Source: Geopsychrobacteraceae bacterium
GTDB lineage: Bacteria; Desulfobacterota; Desulfuromonadia; Desulfuromonadales; Geopsychrobacteraceae
DNA length: 64,000 bases
Reading direction: 5' to 3'
Assembly (NCBI GenBank): GCA_963662315.1
Contig: OY759353.1
Span: 3,040,001 to 3,104,000 of the forward strand
Positions 1-13,983 of the stretch are shown in pieces. The position numbers and the translations under genes were made by a program. The notes beneath the pieces are model-generated. The model did no database searches. It was not told where the DNA came from and saw nothing but the letters and a program-made list of their open reading frames with translations. Positions within the stretch are counted from its first letter, which is position 1; each line of letters starts with the position of its first letter.

Positions 1-739
1 TCAGGGGCAGTTCACCTATTTCATCAAGAAACAGGGTTCCTTTATTAGCCTGCAGAATCAACCCCTGCCTGGCGTGATCGGCTCCGGTAAAGGTTCCTTT
101 TTCATGACCAAACAGCAGGCTTTCCACCAGAGTTTCCGGTAAAGAAGTACAATCGACCACAACAAACGGCTCGTGTCGGCGGCGACTATTATTATGTATA
201 GCGCGTGCAAATATTTCTTTTCCAGTTCCCGTTTCGCCATGGATAAATACCGTGGCATCGCTATCGGCTGATTGGGCAACCAGATTGAGGCACTCATTGA
301 GCCTGACACTGTTGCCGATAATTTCGTCCCGCTCTAAAGGAGTCTTTTTAACATTCTTTTCGACCTCACGTTTTTCCTGTCGATATTGCAATGCTCGCTG
401 CAGGGATAGGGATATTTCCTTGATTGAAAAACCTTTTTCAATGTAATCCCAGGCGCCACTCTTGATCGCTAGTTCGGCTCCGTTCGGATCACCATAACCG
501 GTCATGATGATCACTTCCGGATGCGACGGACAGTTTTCAAACTTTTCCAGCAATTCTATGCCGTTGCCATCCGGCATTTTGACATCGAGAAAAATGATAT
601 CAAAATCTTGTTGCTGAGCCGCAAGCAAGGCATTTTGGAGAGTCATTGCCGCGCTGACTTTGTGTCCTTTACGCTCTACCAAGGTACTTAGCGTCGAACA
701 CATCATCTCATCATCATCGACGATCAGAATAGCTGCCAT
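1..739 (-). CDS. Sigma-54-dependent (NtrC-family) response regulator, 3' end runs off the window
   Basis: Manual translation from ATG at 739: MAAILIVDDDEMM (REC domain), IHGETGTGKE (Walker A), LFGHEKGTFTGA (GAFTGA-loop variant), LFLDEIGEL (Walker B). Not in the ORF track because it is truncated. Confidence 0.9.
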   Translation of the reverse strand, partial: MAAILIVDDDEMMCSTLSTLVERKGHKVSAAMTLQNALLAAQQQDFDIIFLDVKMPDGNGIELLEKFENCPSHPEVIIMTGYGDPNGAELAIKSGAWDYIEKGFSIKEISLSLQRALQYRQEKREVEKNVKKTPLERDEIIGNSVRLNECLNLVAQSADSDATVFIHGETGTGKEIFARAIHNNSRRRHEPFVVVDCTSLPETLVESLLFGHEKGTFTGADHARQGLILQANKGTLFLDEIGELPL

Positions 740-789
740 ACCTGCTCCGCTGTGTGAATTATCTGTTCATCGCTACCAGCAAGAAACTG

Positions 790-3099
790 TTATTGATCAG
801 TTTTTCCAGCCATCACGTCCTGAATCACTTTTTGTAATTCATTTTTTTCCACCGGTTTTATCAGTACCTTATCGATTCCTATTTCATTGATGCTTTGCTG
901 ACTGAGGGTGGGATCAGATTCCGCTGTACCAGTGCACAATATGACAGGTAGATCCGGCCGTTTTTTATGGACCTGCATGACGAGAGCAGCCCCGGTCATT
1001 TGAGGCATCGTCTGGTCGGTGATCATCAGATCAAATCGTTGCTTTTCATCCTGGACTAATTTCAACGCCGTGCTTGGAGAGTTCGCAACCATGACAAAAT
1101 GGCCCGCTCGTTCCAGAATCTGCTTCATTCCCGTGCAATAATCTGCTTCATCATCAACAAACAGGATCGAGCCTTGCCATGGTTTGTCAGTTTCAGACCG
1201 TTTGACGGGCGGATCTGCATTCCGATGGATAATCTGGGGCAAATATATAACAAAAGTCGTTCCGACATTTTCAATACTGTTAACACTGATATGACCACCA
1301 TGATTTTTAATAATACCATGAGCTATTGCCAAGCCGAGGCCTGTCCCTTTGCCTTGTCCCTTGGTGGTAAAAAACGGGTCGAATATGCGTTCGAGAACAT
1401 CCCGTGACATGCCTTGTCCACTATCAGCAATGATCAGCTTCAGGTAATTTCCATATTCAAGACCAGGAAAACGGCCCTGATCTATACTAGAAATGACTGC
1501 ATCTTCAAGGCTGATGTCTAGAATACCACCGCGAAAACGCATTGCATCGTCGGCATTGGTACACAAATTCATGATGACCTGATGAATCTGGGTTGGATCT
1601 GCTTCTATCCAGCTATTCTCTGCCGAAAAGGACTGCCTGATTTCAACCGTTGCCGGCAACATGGGGCGCAGCATACTTGTGCATTCCCTGATGATGTCAG
1701 CTAAATTCACTGCACTCTTGGGTTGTTCACTTTTGCGGCTAAATGATAGAAACTGTTTGATCAGATGTTTTCCGCGTAGTCCTGCCTTATGAACCAGTTC
1801 CAAAGATTTCCTGCTTATGTCATCCTCACTTAAATCCTCCAGGCACATTTCGACATTCGTCAGAACAATAGCGAGAATATTGTTGAAATCATGTGCTATA
1901 CCGCTAGATAAGGTGGCCAATGCTTCCATCTTCTGCGCCTGACGCAACTGACGTTCCAGATCAACTTCATGTGTCACATCCCGGATCATGGCGACATAAC
2001 GGACAACATGGCCATCTTCAGCAAAAATCGGCGCAATTCTGGCGTCTATATCATAAAATTTACCATCGCGGTTTTTATTGACGAAATGGCCCACTACGGC
2101 TTTATTATTTTTAAAAACCTGTAAAAGCGCCAGATAGAATTCCTGGTTGCGTTGCGCACATTCAAATTCATGAATCTGGAAACCGACTCCTTCTTCTGCC
2201 GGTACCCCGCATAGCTCGGTAAACCTCGGATTGATGTACTGGATAATCCCCTTGTCATTAAAGGTAATAATCCCGTCCGAAGCTTGATCCATCACCGTCG
2301 CCAGCATCAATCTTTCCGCTACTTCCCTGGCACGCGCGACCTTGGTTCTTAGTGCGATTAAGCCATAAGCGAGATCGTCTGCCAATTCCACCAACAGTTC
2401 TGTTTCCTCATAATCAAAAGCATTTTTTTTCTCATCGTAAATGACCAGGGCAGCAAACGGTTCATCATTATCTTTCAGAGGTACTGCAATGCAGGAATTA
2501 AACCCGGCTTTGGCTACTGCCTTGCGCCAGGGCTCATACGGTAATTCACTGATCAGGTTTTGAAATATGGTTATCTCATTTTTCCTGATACAGATACCTG
2601 CAGGGCCCTGTCCCAAGGTGTTTTCGGCCCAACTCACCTGTAGATGATCGAAAAATTCGCCGCTTTCGCCCCAATTAGCAGCAGGTACCACCTTTTTTTC
2701 CACATCGTTGCACCTGAGCCCTACCCATGCCATTCGATGTTCCCCCACCTCTACACAAATCCGACAAATTCCGGTCATCAGCTGTTGCTCATTATCGGTT
2801 CTGGTCAGCGCTTTAGTACATTCACTAAAACTTTTTAATGATCGGTTTATTTTGCGCAAAGACGCTTCAGATTCAGTGCTGACAACATCCCAGTAGCGCA
2901 ATAAGGCATACAGTAATCCACTTGTGAAAATGATAAAAAACCAGTGAGTTGGCCCTGCTTCGCTGTTGGCAAGTTCTGTTTTATTTAAAAGAATGGCAAA
3001 GACTTGATGGGAAAAGAGTGTCCAGATCGAACTCAGGATAAAATATATCAGAGCGACCATAAAACTCGAATAGCGGATGGATCTGCATTTATAGGCCAT
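790..3099 (-). CDS. Membrane hybrid sensor histidine kinase (TM-GAF-PAS-HisKA-HATPase-REC)
   Basis: Two N-terminal hydrophobic segments, GAF-like region, PAS ([15 protein letters not shown]), H-box [29 protein letters not shown]-terminal REC (ILFVDDE...DQTMP). Confidence 0.93.
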   Translation of the reverse strand: MAYKCRSIRYSSFMVALIYFILSSIWTLFSHQVFAILLNKTELANSEAGPTHWFFIIFTSGLLYALLRYWDVVSTESEASLRKINRSLKSFSECTKALTRTDNEQQLMTGICRICVEVGEHRMAWVGLRCNDVEKKVVPAANWGESGEFFDHLQVSWAENTLGQGPAGICIRKNEITIFQNLISELPYEPWRKAVAKAGFNSCIAVPLKDNDEPFAALVIYDEKKNAFDYEETELLVELADDLAYGLIALRTKVARAREVAERLMLATVMDQASDGIITFNDKGIIQYINPRFTELCGVPAEEGVGFQIHEFECAQRNQEFYLALLQVFKNNKAVVGHFVNKNRDGKFYDIDARIAPIFAEDGHVVRYVAMIRDVTHEVDLERQLRQAQKMEALATLSSGIAHDFNNILAIVLTNVEMCLEDLSEDDISRKSLELVHKAGLRGKHLIKQFLSFSRKSEQPKSAVNLADIIRECTSMLRPMLPATVEIRQSFSAENSWIEADPTQIHQVIMNLCTNADDAMRFRGGILDISLEDAVISSIDQGRFPGLEYGNYLKLIIADSGQGMSRDVLERIFDPFFTTKGQGKGTGLGLAIAHGIIKNHGGHISVNSIENVGTTFVIYLPQIIHRNADPPVKRSETDKPWQGSILFVDDEADYCTGMKQILERAGHFVMVANSPSTALKLVQDEKQRFDLMITDQTMPQMTGAALVMQVHKKRPDLPVILCTGTAESDPTLSQQSINEIGIDKVLIKPVEKNELQKVIQDVMAGKTDQ

Positions 3100-3196
3100 A
3101 GGCTTATTCCATCACAGAAAATTTAATGGGTCTGCTACGCTACTAATAATTAAAGTTTTTTTTCCAGATATGTCAACCTCTCAGCAAATTATCCAT

Positions 3197-3224
3197 AAAA
3201 AAAGCCCTCTCTAAGGAGGGCTTT
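3197..3224 (-). terminator. Rho-independent terminator of the atp operon
   Basis: Stem AAAGCCCTC/GAGGGCTTT followed by a T-run on the minus strand, just downstream of atpC. Confidence 0.8.
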
Positions 3225-3250
3225 GCATTCAAATAATTCTTATTATCTGT

Positions 3251-3661
3251 TTACTGATTGCGACTGGCAACCTGAATACGGATTAAAGCACGCTGTAGCG
3301 CTGCCTCCATAATGGCATGCTGTTTATCGTCAGCAGCCATTTTTTTCAGGGCATCTTCAGCGCGGCCTAAAGCAGCCTTGGCTCGATTCAGATCAATCTC
3401 ATCAGCTTTCTCAGCCGTATCAACCAACACAGTGACTGTTTCCTCTTCAACCTCAAGATAACCCCAGTTCACCGCAACGTGATAAGATTGATTTCCCTTT
3501 TTATACGTCAGCTCGCCAACCTTTAAGGTTGTCAGAAGTGGGGTGTGCCCTGGCAAAATTCCCAGCTCGCCAATTAGCCCCGGAGCAGTCAGTTCATCGA
3601 CCTCTTCTGAAAGAACCTTTTTATAAGGTGTCACCATTTCCAGTTTTAATTTTTCTGCCAT
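3251..3661 (-). CDS. atpC: F1 ATP synthase epsilon subunit
   Basis: LEMVTP...GELGILPGHTPLLT motif and operon position. Confidence 0.97.
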   Translation of the reverse strand: MAEKLKLEMVTPYKKVLSEEVDELTAPGLIGELGILPGHTPLLTTLKVGELTYKKGNQSYHVAVNWGYLEVEEETVTVLVDTAEKADEIDLNRAKAALGRAEDALKKMAADDKQHAIMEAALQRALIRIQVASRNQ

Positions 3662-3699
3662 CGGGACACAGTCCTTTTATCGTGGTTAGGCAGCTATAA

Positions 3700-6040
<2,341 letters not shown>

Positions 6041-6059
6041 CTGTTCAACCTTTTAGATA

Positions 6060-7577
<1,518 letters not shown>

Positions 7578-8120
7578 TCACCCCTTTGCTAAGGTATCTG
7601 CAATCCGTTTCAGCTGGGTCTTTACACTACCATCAAATAGTTTTCCACCCATTTCAGCTTGTAAACCACCTATCAGGCTCTCGTCTTTTTCGATATTGAG
7701 TACAATCTTTTTTCCGGTCTGTTTTTCAAGACCCGCCTGAATTTCTTCTGTTTTAGCTGGTGGCAGATCATGAGCGGCTGTAATTCGTGCCCGAATCACT
7801 CCTGAACGTTCATCGGCAAAACGACAGAAACTTGCCTCAATATCTGGAAGAGCGGTTATCCGGCCCTTTTCAACAAGCAGATCGAGAAAGTTGCTCATTC
7901 CTTCATTCAATTTGAGCAACTTACCGATATCGTTGACAATAGCCAGTTTCTTATTAACATCGAATGTCGGACTATCAAGTAATAACCTTAGTAGGTCATT
8001 TTCTTTGATAACCGCTGTTATGTCAGAAAGCTCTCTCGTATACTGATCTATCGCATTCTGGTCTGCAGCAATACTGATCAGTGCTTTAGCGTATCTTATG
8101 GCAACGGCACCGTGACTCAA
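7578..8120 (-). CDS. atpH: F1 ATP synthase delta subunit
   Basis: RYAKAL N-terminus, LIGG...DGSVKTQL C-terminus, TTG start overlapping the atpF stop. Confidence 0.96.
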   Translation of the reverse strand: MSHGAVAIRYAKALISIAADQNAIDQYTRELSDITAVIKENDLLRLLLDSPTFDVNKKLAIVNDIGKLLKLNEGMSNFLDLLVEKGRITALPDIEASFCRFADERSGVIRARITAAHDLPPAKTEEIQAGLEKQTGKKIVLNIEKDESLIGGLQAEMGGKLFDGSVKTQLKRIADTLAKG

Positions 8121-8704
8121 TGTAACTCTCCCACTTTTTTCACATATTCATCAATTAAGCGAGCGTCATCGTCTTTATTAAAGTTATTCATCAATAACTG
8201 TTCTGCCAGGCCTACTGCCAATTGAACAGCCTCACGCTGCAATTGTTCTTTGGCTCTGGAGATTTCCAGGTTCACAGCAGCTTCTGCATCTTTTTCAATC
8301 TTGACTGCGGCGGCTTTAGCATTTTGAATAATTTTCTCTTTTTCCAACTCACCTTCACGCTGGATAGCAGCACTAATTTCCGCTATTTCTTCTGTGGCTT
8401 GAGTCAGTTTACGATCATATTCTGCAAATTTTGCTTCAGCTTCTTCCTTTGCTTTCTTAGCCTCTGCGAGATTTTTTTCAATCTCTTTGGTCCGCCCCGA
8501 CAAACCATTTTTTAATGGCTTTGCCAGGAAAAACCACAATATACCAACCACGATAGCAAAGTTTAAAACCCGGTAGAGGAAGTCCTTTAATAGAACTCCA
8601 CTGTCTGCGTGATGCTCACCACCAGAAGCAACAGCTACTCCCACAAAGATTGTCATGAACATTACGGTTAATAGAATGGTTCTGGTTTTACAGTTAAGCA
8701 TCAT
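8117..8704 (-). CDS. atpF: Fo ATP synthase subunit b
   Basis: Hydrophobic N-terminus, RVLNFAIVVGILWFF, long Ala/Glu/Lys coiled coil. Confidence 0.93.
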   Translation of the reverse strand: MMLNCKTRTILLTVMFMTIFVGVAVASGGEHHADSGVLLKDFLYRVLNFAIVVGILWFFLAKPLKNGLSGRTKEIEKNLAEAKKAKEEAEAKFAEYDRKLTQATEEIAEISAAIQREGELEKEKIIQNAKAAAVKIEKDAEAAVNLEISRAKEQLQREAVQLAVGLAEQLLMNNFNKDDDARLIDEYVKKVGELH

Positions 8705-8722
8705 GGGAACCGTCCTTATCGG

Positions 8723-9151
8723 TTAAGCTATTTTGCGTCCTAAAATCTTGGTTGCAATGTCGTTGGCCAGAATTTCCGTATTGGCTTTTAAAGTTTCACT
8801 TGCAACCAAAGCTTGTTCATTGACTTTATCTCTTATCTGACTGATACGCTCAGAAGCTTTATTGTGCGCTTCTGCAAGGATTTCATGTTCCTGTTCGGAA
8901 GCTACTTTTTTCAGAGCATCTCGCTCAGAAGCAGCAGCAGCTTTGGCACTCTGCAGTTGTTCTTGATACTTCTGCATTTTGATATCGATATCTGCCTGAA
9001 GATCTTTTGCGGTTTTTTTGGCAGACTCGATAGTATGAGATCTTTCGCGAAGAATTTTTTGCAGGGGCTTATAAAGAATTTGATTTAGAACGATCAGAAG
9101 GACTAGAAAATTAACCATCTGTAACCCGAGGGTCCAGTCTACACTTATCAC
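8723..9151 (-). CDS. atpX: Fo ATP synthase subunit b'
   Basis: DWTLGLQMVNFLVLLIVLNQILYKPL transmembrane segment, coiled coil, KILGR end; GTG start. Confidence 0.92.
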   Translation of the reverse strand: MISVDWTLGLQMVNFLVLLIVLNQILYKPLQKILRERSHTIESAKKTAKDLQADIDIKMQKYQEQLQSAKAAAASERDALKKVASEQEHEILAEAHNKASERISQIRDKVNEQALVASETLKANTEILANDIATKILGRKIA

Positions 9152-9238
9152 CGAGTTTACCTCTCTTCATGAAAGCACAGTTTGTATACTGTATACACTA
9201 AAAATCAAAATAAACGGGGTCACCGACTTGGAACGGCT

Positions 9239-9268
9239 TTACTAACATTTTTTTTATTTTTTTGTCAA
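9239..9268 (-). promoter_or_regulatory. Probable sigma-70 promoter of the atp operon
   Basis: Minus strand TTGACA (9268-9263), A-rich spacer of 17-18 nt, then TG-T-TAGTAA as a weak extended -10. Confidence 0.5.
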
Positions 9269-9298
9269 CCTGCTTTTTCTTTTAGTTCACTAAATACG

Positions 9299-9718
9299 TC
9301 ATTTTTTTTTAATAGCGGATTGTTGTTCCGCGTTATTATTTACTGTTTGGGTCATGGAAATCTGACCGTTAAAAAGAACTTTATCCTCCATGATTAAGGA
9401 TTTTGTCTCTATTGATCCTGTTACACTTGCCGGATTTCTTAAATCAACCTTATTTGAGGCTTTTATATCACCTTTAAATTTACCACTAAGGATTAATACA
9501 CCAACTGCAATCTTCCCTTCGATTTCAGCACTTTCTCCAACAATCAACGTATCAGTCGATGTTATTTCTCCGGTAAATTTACCGTCCAGCCTGACCATTT
9601 CGTCAAAACTTAATTTCCCCTCAAAACAGCTTCCAGCACCAAGAAATGCTTTAATTTCAGCTTTATCAATGGCGGTTGGTTTTTTCACGGGCATATTTTC
9701 CTTTTTTTTATTGAACAT
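9299..9718 (-). CDS. Bactofilin (polymer-forming cytoskeletal protein)
   Basis: Beta-helix repeats FEGKL..VRLDGKFTGEI..LIVGESAEIEGKI..GKFKGDI..VTGSI..FNGQISM. Confidence 0.93.
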   Translation of the reverse strand: MFNKKKENMPVKKPTAIDKAEIKAFLGAGSCFEGKLSFDEMVRLDGKFTGEITSTDTLIVGESAEIEGKIAVGVLILSGKFKGDIKASNKVDLRNPASVTGSIETKSLIMEDKVLFNGQISMTQTVNNNAEQQSAIKKK

Positions 9719-9729
9719 TTCATTTCCAG

Positions 9730-10605
9730 TTAAATTGAAAGTCCCAACAATTCAAGAATACGTTCAAGTTCCTCCTGGGTACCAAAGTTAATTTCTATTT
9801 TCCCCCCTTTCCCCTTTCTGGCTAATTTGACCTGCGTAGCAAAATGTTGTTTCAAGCATTGTTCCAATTCCAGAGCATCTGGATCCAGTCGGGGCGTTGC
9901 CGGTTCAGGCTTAATCCTGTTTGATTCTGTAAAGTTTTTGATCTTTTTGATTAATTTTTCGGTCTCTCGAACTGACAGTTTTTTTTGAATGACCTGATCA
10001 GCAGCTTCCAATATGTCTTCTTCATTTTCAAGAGATAATAAAGCCCTCGCATGCCCCATGGTTAATGTTGCACTCTGCAAATGGTCTTTAATCTTTTCTG
10101 GTAGCCTTAATAACCGAAGAGAATTGGCGACGGTGGAACGTTCTTTTCCAACTCTTTTTGCAACTTCTTCCTGAACCAGATCAAAATTTTCCATCAGATA
10201 TCGATAAGCACTTGCTTCTTCCAATGGATTTAGGTCTTCCCTTTGAATATTTTCTATCAGGGCCATTTCAAGCGCCCAATCTTCACTAACATCTTGAATA
10301 ACCACAGGAACTCGATCAAGCGATGCTTTTTGTGCTGCACGCCAACGTCTTTCTCCTGCGATTATTTGGTAATATTCTCCTTGCTGTCTGACGACCAAAG
10401 GTTGAATGATACCTTTTTCTTTAATGGAAGAGACGAGTTCCGCCATCTTTTTATCATCAAAGGTCTTGCGCGGCTGTTGACTGTGGGGCCTTAGTTCTTC
10501 AATTGGGCATAAAAAGTATTTTTTACCCCCTTCTTGCGCCGCGGAGCTCAACAGGGCTCCTATTCCTTTTCCTAACGCTGGTCTTTTGGGTTTTGTCATC
10601 GTCAT
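9730..10605 (-). CDS. parB: Chromosome partitioning protein ParB/Spo0J
   Basis: LGKGIGALL, QPRKTF, IIAGERRWRA (GxRR), ENIQREDLNPLEEA, HTH. Confidence 0.97.
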   Translation of the reverse strand: MTMTKPKRPALGKGIGALLSSAAQEGGKKYFLCPIEELRPHSQQPRKTFDDKKMAELVSSIKEKGIIQPLVVRQQGEYYQIIAGERRWRAAQKASLDRVPVVIQDVSEDWALEMALIENIQREDLNPLEEASAYRYLMENFDLVQEEVAKRVGKERSTVANSLRLLRLPEKIKDHLQSATLTMGHARALLSLENEEDILEAADQVIQKKLSVRETEKLIKKIKNFTESNRIKPEPATPRLDPDALELEQCLKQHFATQVKLARKGKGGKIEINFGTQEELERILELLGLSI

Positions 10606-10610
10606 TATAT

Positions 10611-11372
10611 TTACGCTCCCGCCACGATTTCCTTGGCTAAATCCATGTAAGCTTTTGCTCCCTTTGACCCAATATCATACATGAGAACAGGTAATCCATA
10701 GCTCGGGGCTTCCGACAATCGAACATTTCTTGGAATTACGGATTCAAAAACTTTATCTCCAAAATGATTTCTCATTTCGTCACTGACCTGGTGGCAGAGA
10801 TTATTTCGACCATCGAACATGGTCAATAATATCCCGTCGATTTTTAGTCCAGGGTTTAACTCCTGTTGAACAATGCGTATGGTCTGCATTAATTGGCCCA
10901 GCCCCTCCATTGCGTAAAATTCGCATTGTAATGGAACCAATACAGTATGAGCTGCAGTTAATGCATTGACAGTCAGCAAACCTAAAGAAGGAGGACAATC
11001 AATAATAATAAAATCATATGCCTCAGAAACTTCGTCTACAGCTTTTTTTAACTTTTTTTCTCTATCCGAATTGCTGATCAACTCTATTTCTGCACCGATC
11101 AGATTGGTATTTGAAGGGACGACTGTGAGATAACCAAGTTCTGTCGGCTGCATAACCTCTTGAATTGAGGATTCTTCCAACAAAACATCATAAATCGTTG
11201 ATAATACTGCTGTTTTATCAATACCTATGCCACTGCAGGCATTAGCCTGAGGATCCATATCAATGAGCAATGTATTTTTTTCAGCTGCGGCAAGAGAGGC
11301 GGCTAAGTTTACCGAAGTCGTAGTTTTACCTACCCCACCCTTCTGGTTGGCTATGGCAATAATTTTGGCCAT
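10611..11372 (-). CDS. parA: Chromosome partitioning ATPase ParA/Soj
   Basis: ANQKGGVGKTT, DMDPQAN, IIDCPPSLG, IPRNVRLSEAPS. ATG at 11372 (MAKII). Confidence 0.97.
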   Translation of the reverse strand: MAKIIAIANQKGGVGKTTTSVNLAASLAAAEKNTLLIDMDPQANACSGIGIDKTAVLSTIYDVLLEESSIQEVMQPTELGYLTVVPSNTNLIGAEIELISNSDREKKLKKAVDEVSEAYDFIIIDCPPSLGLLTVNALTAAHTVLVPLQCEFYAMEGLGQLMQTIRIVQQELNPGLKIDGILLTMFDGRNNLCHQVSDEMRNHFGDKVFESVIPRNVRLSEAPSYGLPVLMYDIGSKGAKAYMDLAKEIVAGA

Positions 11373-11466
11373 TTTCAACTCCTTATCTTGAAAGATCAAA
11401 CAAAAGACAGGGAAAGATATCACACCTTAAGGTGAAATTCAGCCTCTATAATAGAAAAATACCATT

Positions 11467-12096
11467 TTAGCGTGTAAGAATTATGATGGATCTTCTTGCT
11501 CTTGACCGTGGAAGTTCATAATCATAAAGCTCAATCTTATTATAGGCCGATATTATATGAGTATTTTGAAGCTGCGCTATTTCTTCCACACCTTCAGGAC
11601 CCTTCATAGAAATTATCTTTTTTTCAATAATGTGCTCTGAAATTTCAATAAAGTTTTTTAAGGAGGAAAAAGCCCGACTTATCGATGCTTGGTATTTTTT
11701 TGTTTCTATGGCTAATTTTTCAGCTCTACACTGTTGAACAATAAAATTATCAAGATTCAATTTTCTTTTGATATGTTTTTGAAAATTGACTTTTTTACCA
11801 ACACTCTCTATCGATATGACGTGTATGTCAGGACATATCAGAGCTATTAAGATACCAGGCAACCCTGCTCCTGACCCTATATCCAACAGTTCAGTAATAC
11901 CATTCAAATAAGGAATGACGGACAAACAATCATAGATATGCTTTTCATATATTTCTTGAATATTAGTAATTGCTGTTAAATTGATACTGGCATTCCACTT
12001 TAACAATTCTGCAACATATACTTCTATAGCTGCTAACTGTTCAGCTTTTATTAAAACACCAATATTTAGCAGTTGTTCAGTGAGTTCTTTTTGCAT
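11467..12096 (-). CDS. rsmG: 16S rRNA m7G527 methyltransferase RsmG (GidB)
   Basis: KWNASINLTA, LDIGSGAGLPG, SRAF, MKG; directly downstream of mnmG. Confidence 0.95.
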   Translation of the reverse strand: MQKELTEQLLNIGVLIKAEQLAAIEVYVAELLKWNASINLTAITNIQEIYEKHIYDCLSVIPYLNGITELLDIGSGAGLPGILIALICPDIHVISIESVGKKVNFQKHIKRKLNLDNFIVQQCRAEKLAIETKKYQASISRAFSSLKNFIEISEHIIEKKIISMKGPEGVEEIAQLQNTHIISAYNKIELYDYELPRSRARRSIIILTR

Positions 12097-13957
12097 CTTT
12101 ATTTTTACGAATAAATATAGTTATGACTGCAATTGCTGCAGGTGTGATTCCCTGTATACGACTAGCCTGACCAATGCTTATTGGTTTTATTTTATTTAGC
12201 TTTTCCACTACCTCTGAAGACAAACTAGGAATTTCCCGGTAGTCTAATGTATCAGGTAGCAATACATCTTCTTGGTCTCTAAACTTTTCTACCTGTTCTA
12301 ATTGTCTTTGGATATAGCCTTCATATTTTATCGATATCTCGGCTTGTTCTAAAGACTCTGCGCTAAAATTCTGCAATTCGGAAAATACTATTTTTAATTT
12401 TTCAATATCCATCTCTGGTCTTCTCAGCAGGACATCCAAATTGATTCCAGATTTCAGATTTTCCAAACCTAACTTCTGAACATGTTCTGTCTGAGAAGAA
12501 GTTATTTTTTCTTCTTGTAGATACTTACCAATCCTTACCACTTCTTCCTGCTTACGATTATACAGTTCCCAGCGGTGATCATTGACCAATCCAATTTTAC
12601 GGCCAATCGGTGTCAACCTTTGATCTGCATTATCTTCTCGCAATAACAACCTGTATTCAGATCTTGAAGTAAACATTCTATACGGATCTGTCGTTGGTTG
12701 TGTCACGAGATCATCTATCATAACTCCTATATAGGCTTGATCTCTGCCTAATATGAGTGGTTGCTCTTCCTTGCAATACTGAGCTGCATTAATACCAGCA
12801 ACCAATCCTTGAGCTGCCGCTTCTTCATATCCAGAGGTTCCATTTATTTGACCTGCATGAAACAACCCTGAGATATTCTTTGTTTCTAAACTATTTTTCA
12901 GTTGAATAGGTTCGATAAAATCATACTCAATCGCATAACCAGGCCGCATCATTTCCACATTTTCAAAACCCGTCATTGAGCGAAAATATTGCAGTTGTAC
13001 GTCTGCAGGCAATGATGTTGACAGGCCACTTGGATACATCTCGCAACTTCTTCGCCCTTCAGGTTCCAAAAATGACTGATGACTATTCTTTTGAGGAAAG
13101 CGAACCACCTTATCCTCTATTGAAGGGCAATACCTCGGACCTATACCTTCGATTATCCCGGCGTATAGTGGTGATTTATCCAAATTACTACGTATAATAT
13201 CGTGGGTTTTCTCATTCGTTACTGCGATATAGCAATTAACTTGTTCCCTGGTAATATTCTTATTCATAAAGGAGAATGGTTTAATATAATCATCTCCAGG
13301 CTGAATTTCTAATTTTGAATAATCAATTGAACGCGATGCTAGCCTTGCCGGGGTTCCAGTTTTCAACCTACCAACATTAAATCCCAATGAACGTAATGAG
13401 TCAGATAATGTTTCGGCTGAAGGCTCTCCAGCGCGCCCACCTGAATAATGATTTAATCCTACATGAATCAATCCCTTCATAAATGTACCAGAAGTAATAA
13501 CTACTGACTTAGATTCATAATCCAAACCTTCTCGCGTTTTAACACCCGTTACATTATTGCGGTCTGTTATTAGCTCAGTTACCAGCCCCTGCTTCAAATC
13601 CAAATTCAATTGATTCTCTATTACCCATTTCATCCTTGCGCTATAAGCCATCCTATCAGCCTGAGCGCGTGAAGCTCTAACCGCCGGCCCCTTTCGAGTA
13701 TTCAGACGTCTAAATTGAATCCCCGTTTCGTCGATATTTAAGCCCATCTCTCCGCCAAGGGCATCAATTTCGTGGACCAGATGGCCTTTAGCCAAACCAC
13801 CAATTGATGGATTACAAGACATTTGTGCAACTGTATCCAAACCTATTGTCAACAGCAAAGTTATACACCCCATACGTGCTGCAGCCAATGCTGCTTCACA
13901 ACCGGCGTGACCTGCCCCAATTACAATAACGTCATATTTTTTTCCGTAATTACTCAT
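12077..13957 (-). CDS. mnmG: tRNA U34 carboxymethylaminomethyl modification enzyme MnmG (GidA)
   Basis: VIGAGHAGCEAA, MSCNPSIGG, GPRYCPSIEDK, GQINGTSGYEEAAAQG, YRMFTSR. Confidence 0.99.
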   Translation of the reverse strand: MSNYGKKYDVIVIGAGHAGCEAALAAARMGCITLLLTIGLDTVAQMSCNPSIGGLAKGHLVHEIDALGGEMGLNIDETGIQFRRLNTRKGPAVRASRAQADRMAYSARMKWVIENQLNLDLKQGLVTELITDRNNVTGVKTREGLDYESKSVVITSGTFMKGLIHVGLNHYSGGRAGEPSAETLSDSLRSLGFNVGRLKTGTPARLASRSIDYSKLEIQPGDDYIKPFSFMNKNITREQVNCYIAVTNEKTHDIIRSNLDKSPLYAGIIEGIGPRYCPSIEDKVVRFPQKNSHQSFLEPEGRRSCEMYPSGLSTSLPADVQLQYFRSMTGFENVEMMRPGYAIEYDFIEPIQLKNSLETKNISGLFHAGQINGTSGYEEAAAQGLVAGINAAQYCKEEQPLILGRDQAYIGVMIDDLVTQPTTDPYRMFTSRSEYRLLLREDNADQRLTPIGRKIGLVNDHRWELYNRKQEEVVRIGKYLQEEKITSSQTEHVQKLGLENLKSGINLDVLLRRPEMDIEKLKIVFSELQNFSAESLEQAEISIKYEGYIQRQLEQVEKFRDQEDVLLPDTLDYREIPSLSSEVVEKLNKIKPISIGQASRIQGITPAAIAVITIFIRKNKDAKRTH

Positions 13958-13966
13958 ATTCACCAA

Positions 13967-13982
13967 TGTTCCACGTGAAACA
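13967..13982. promoter_or_regulatory. parS: parS centromere site
   Basis: TGTTCCACGTGAAACA, matching the widespread parS consensus TGTTNCACGTGAAACA, in the mnmE-mnmG gap near parAB and oriC. Confidence 0.92.
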
Positions 13983-13983
13983 C

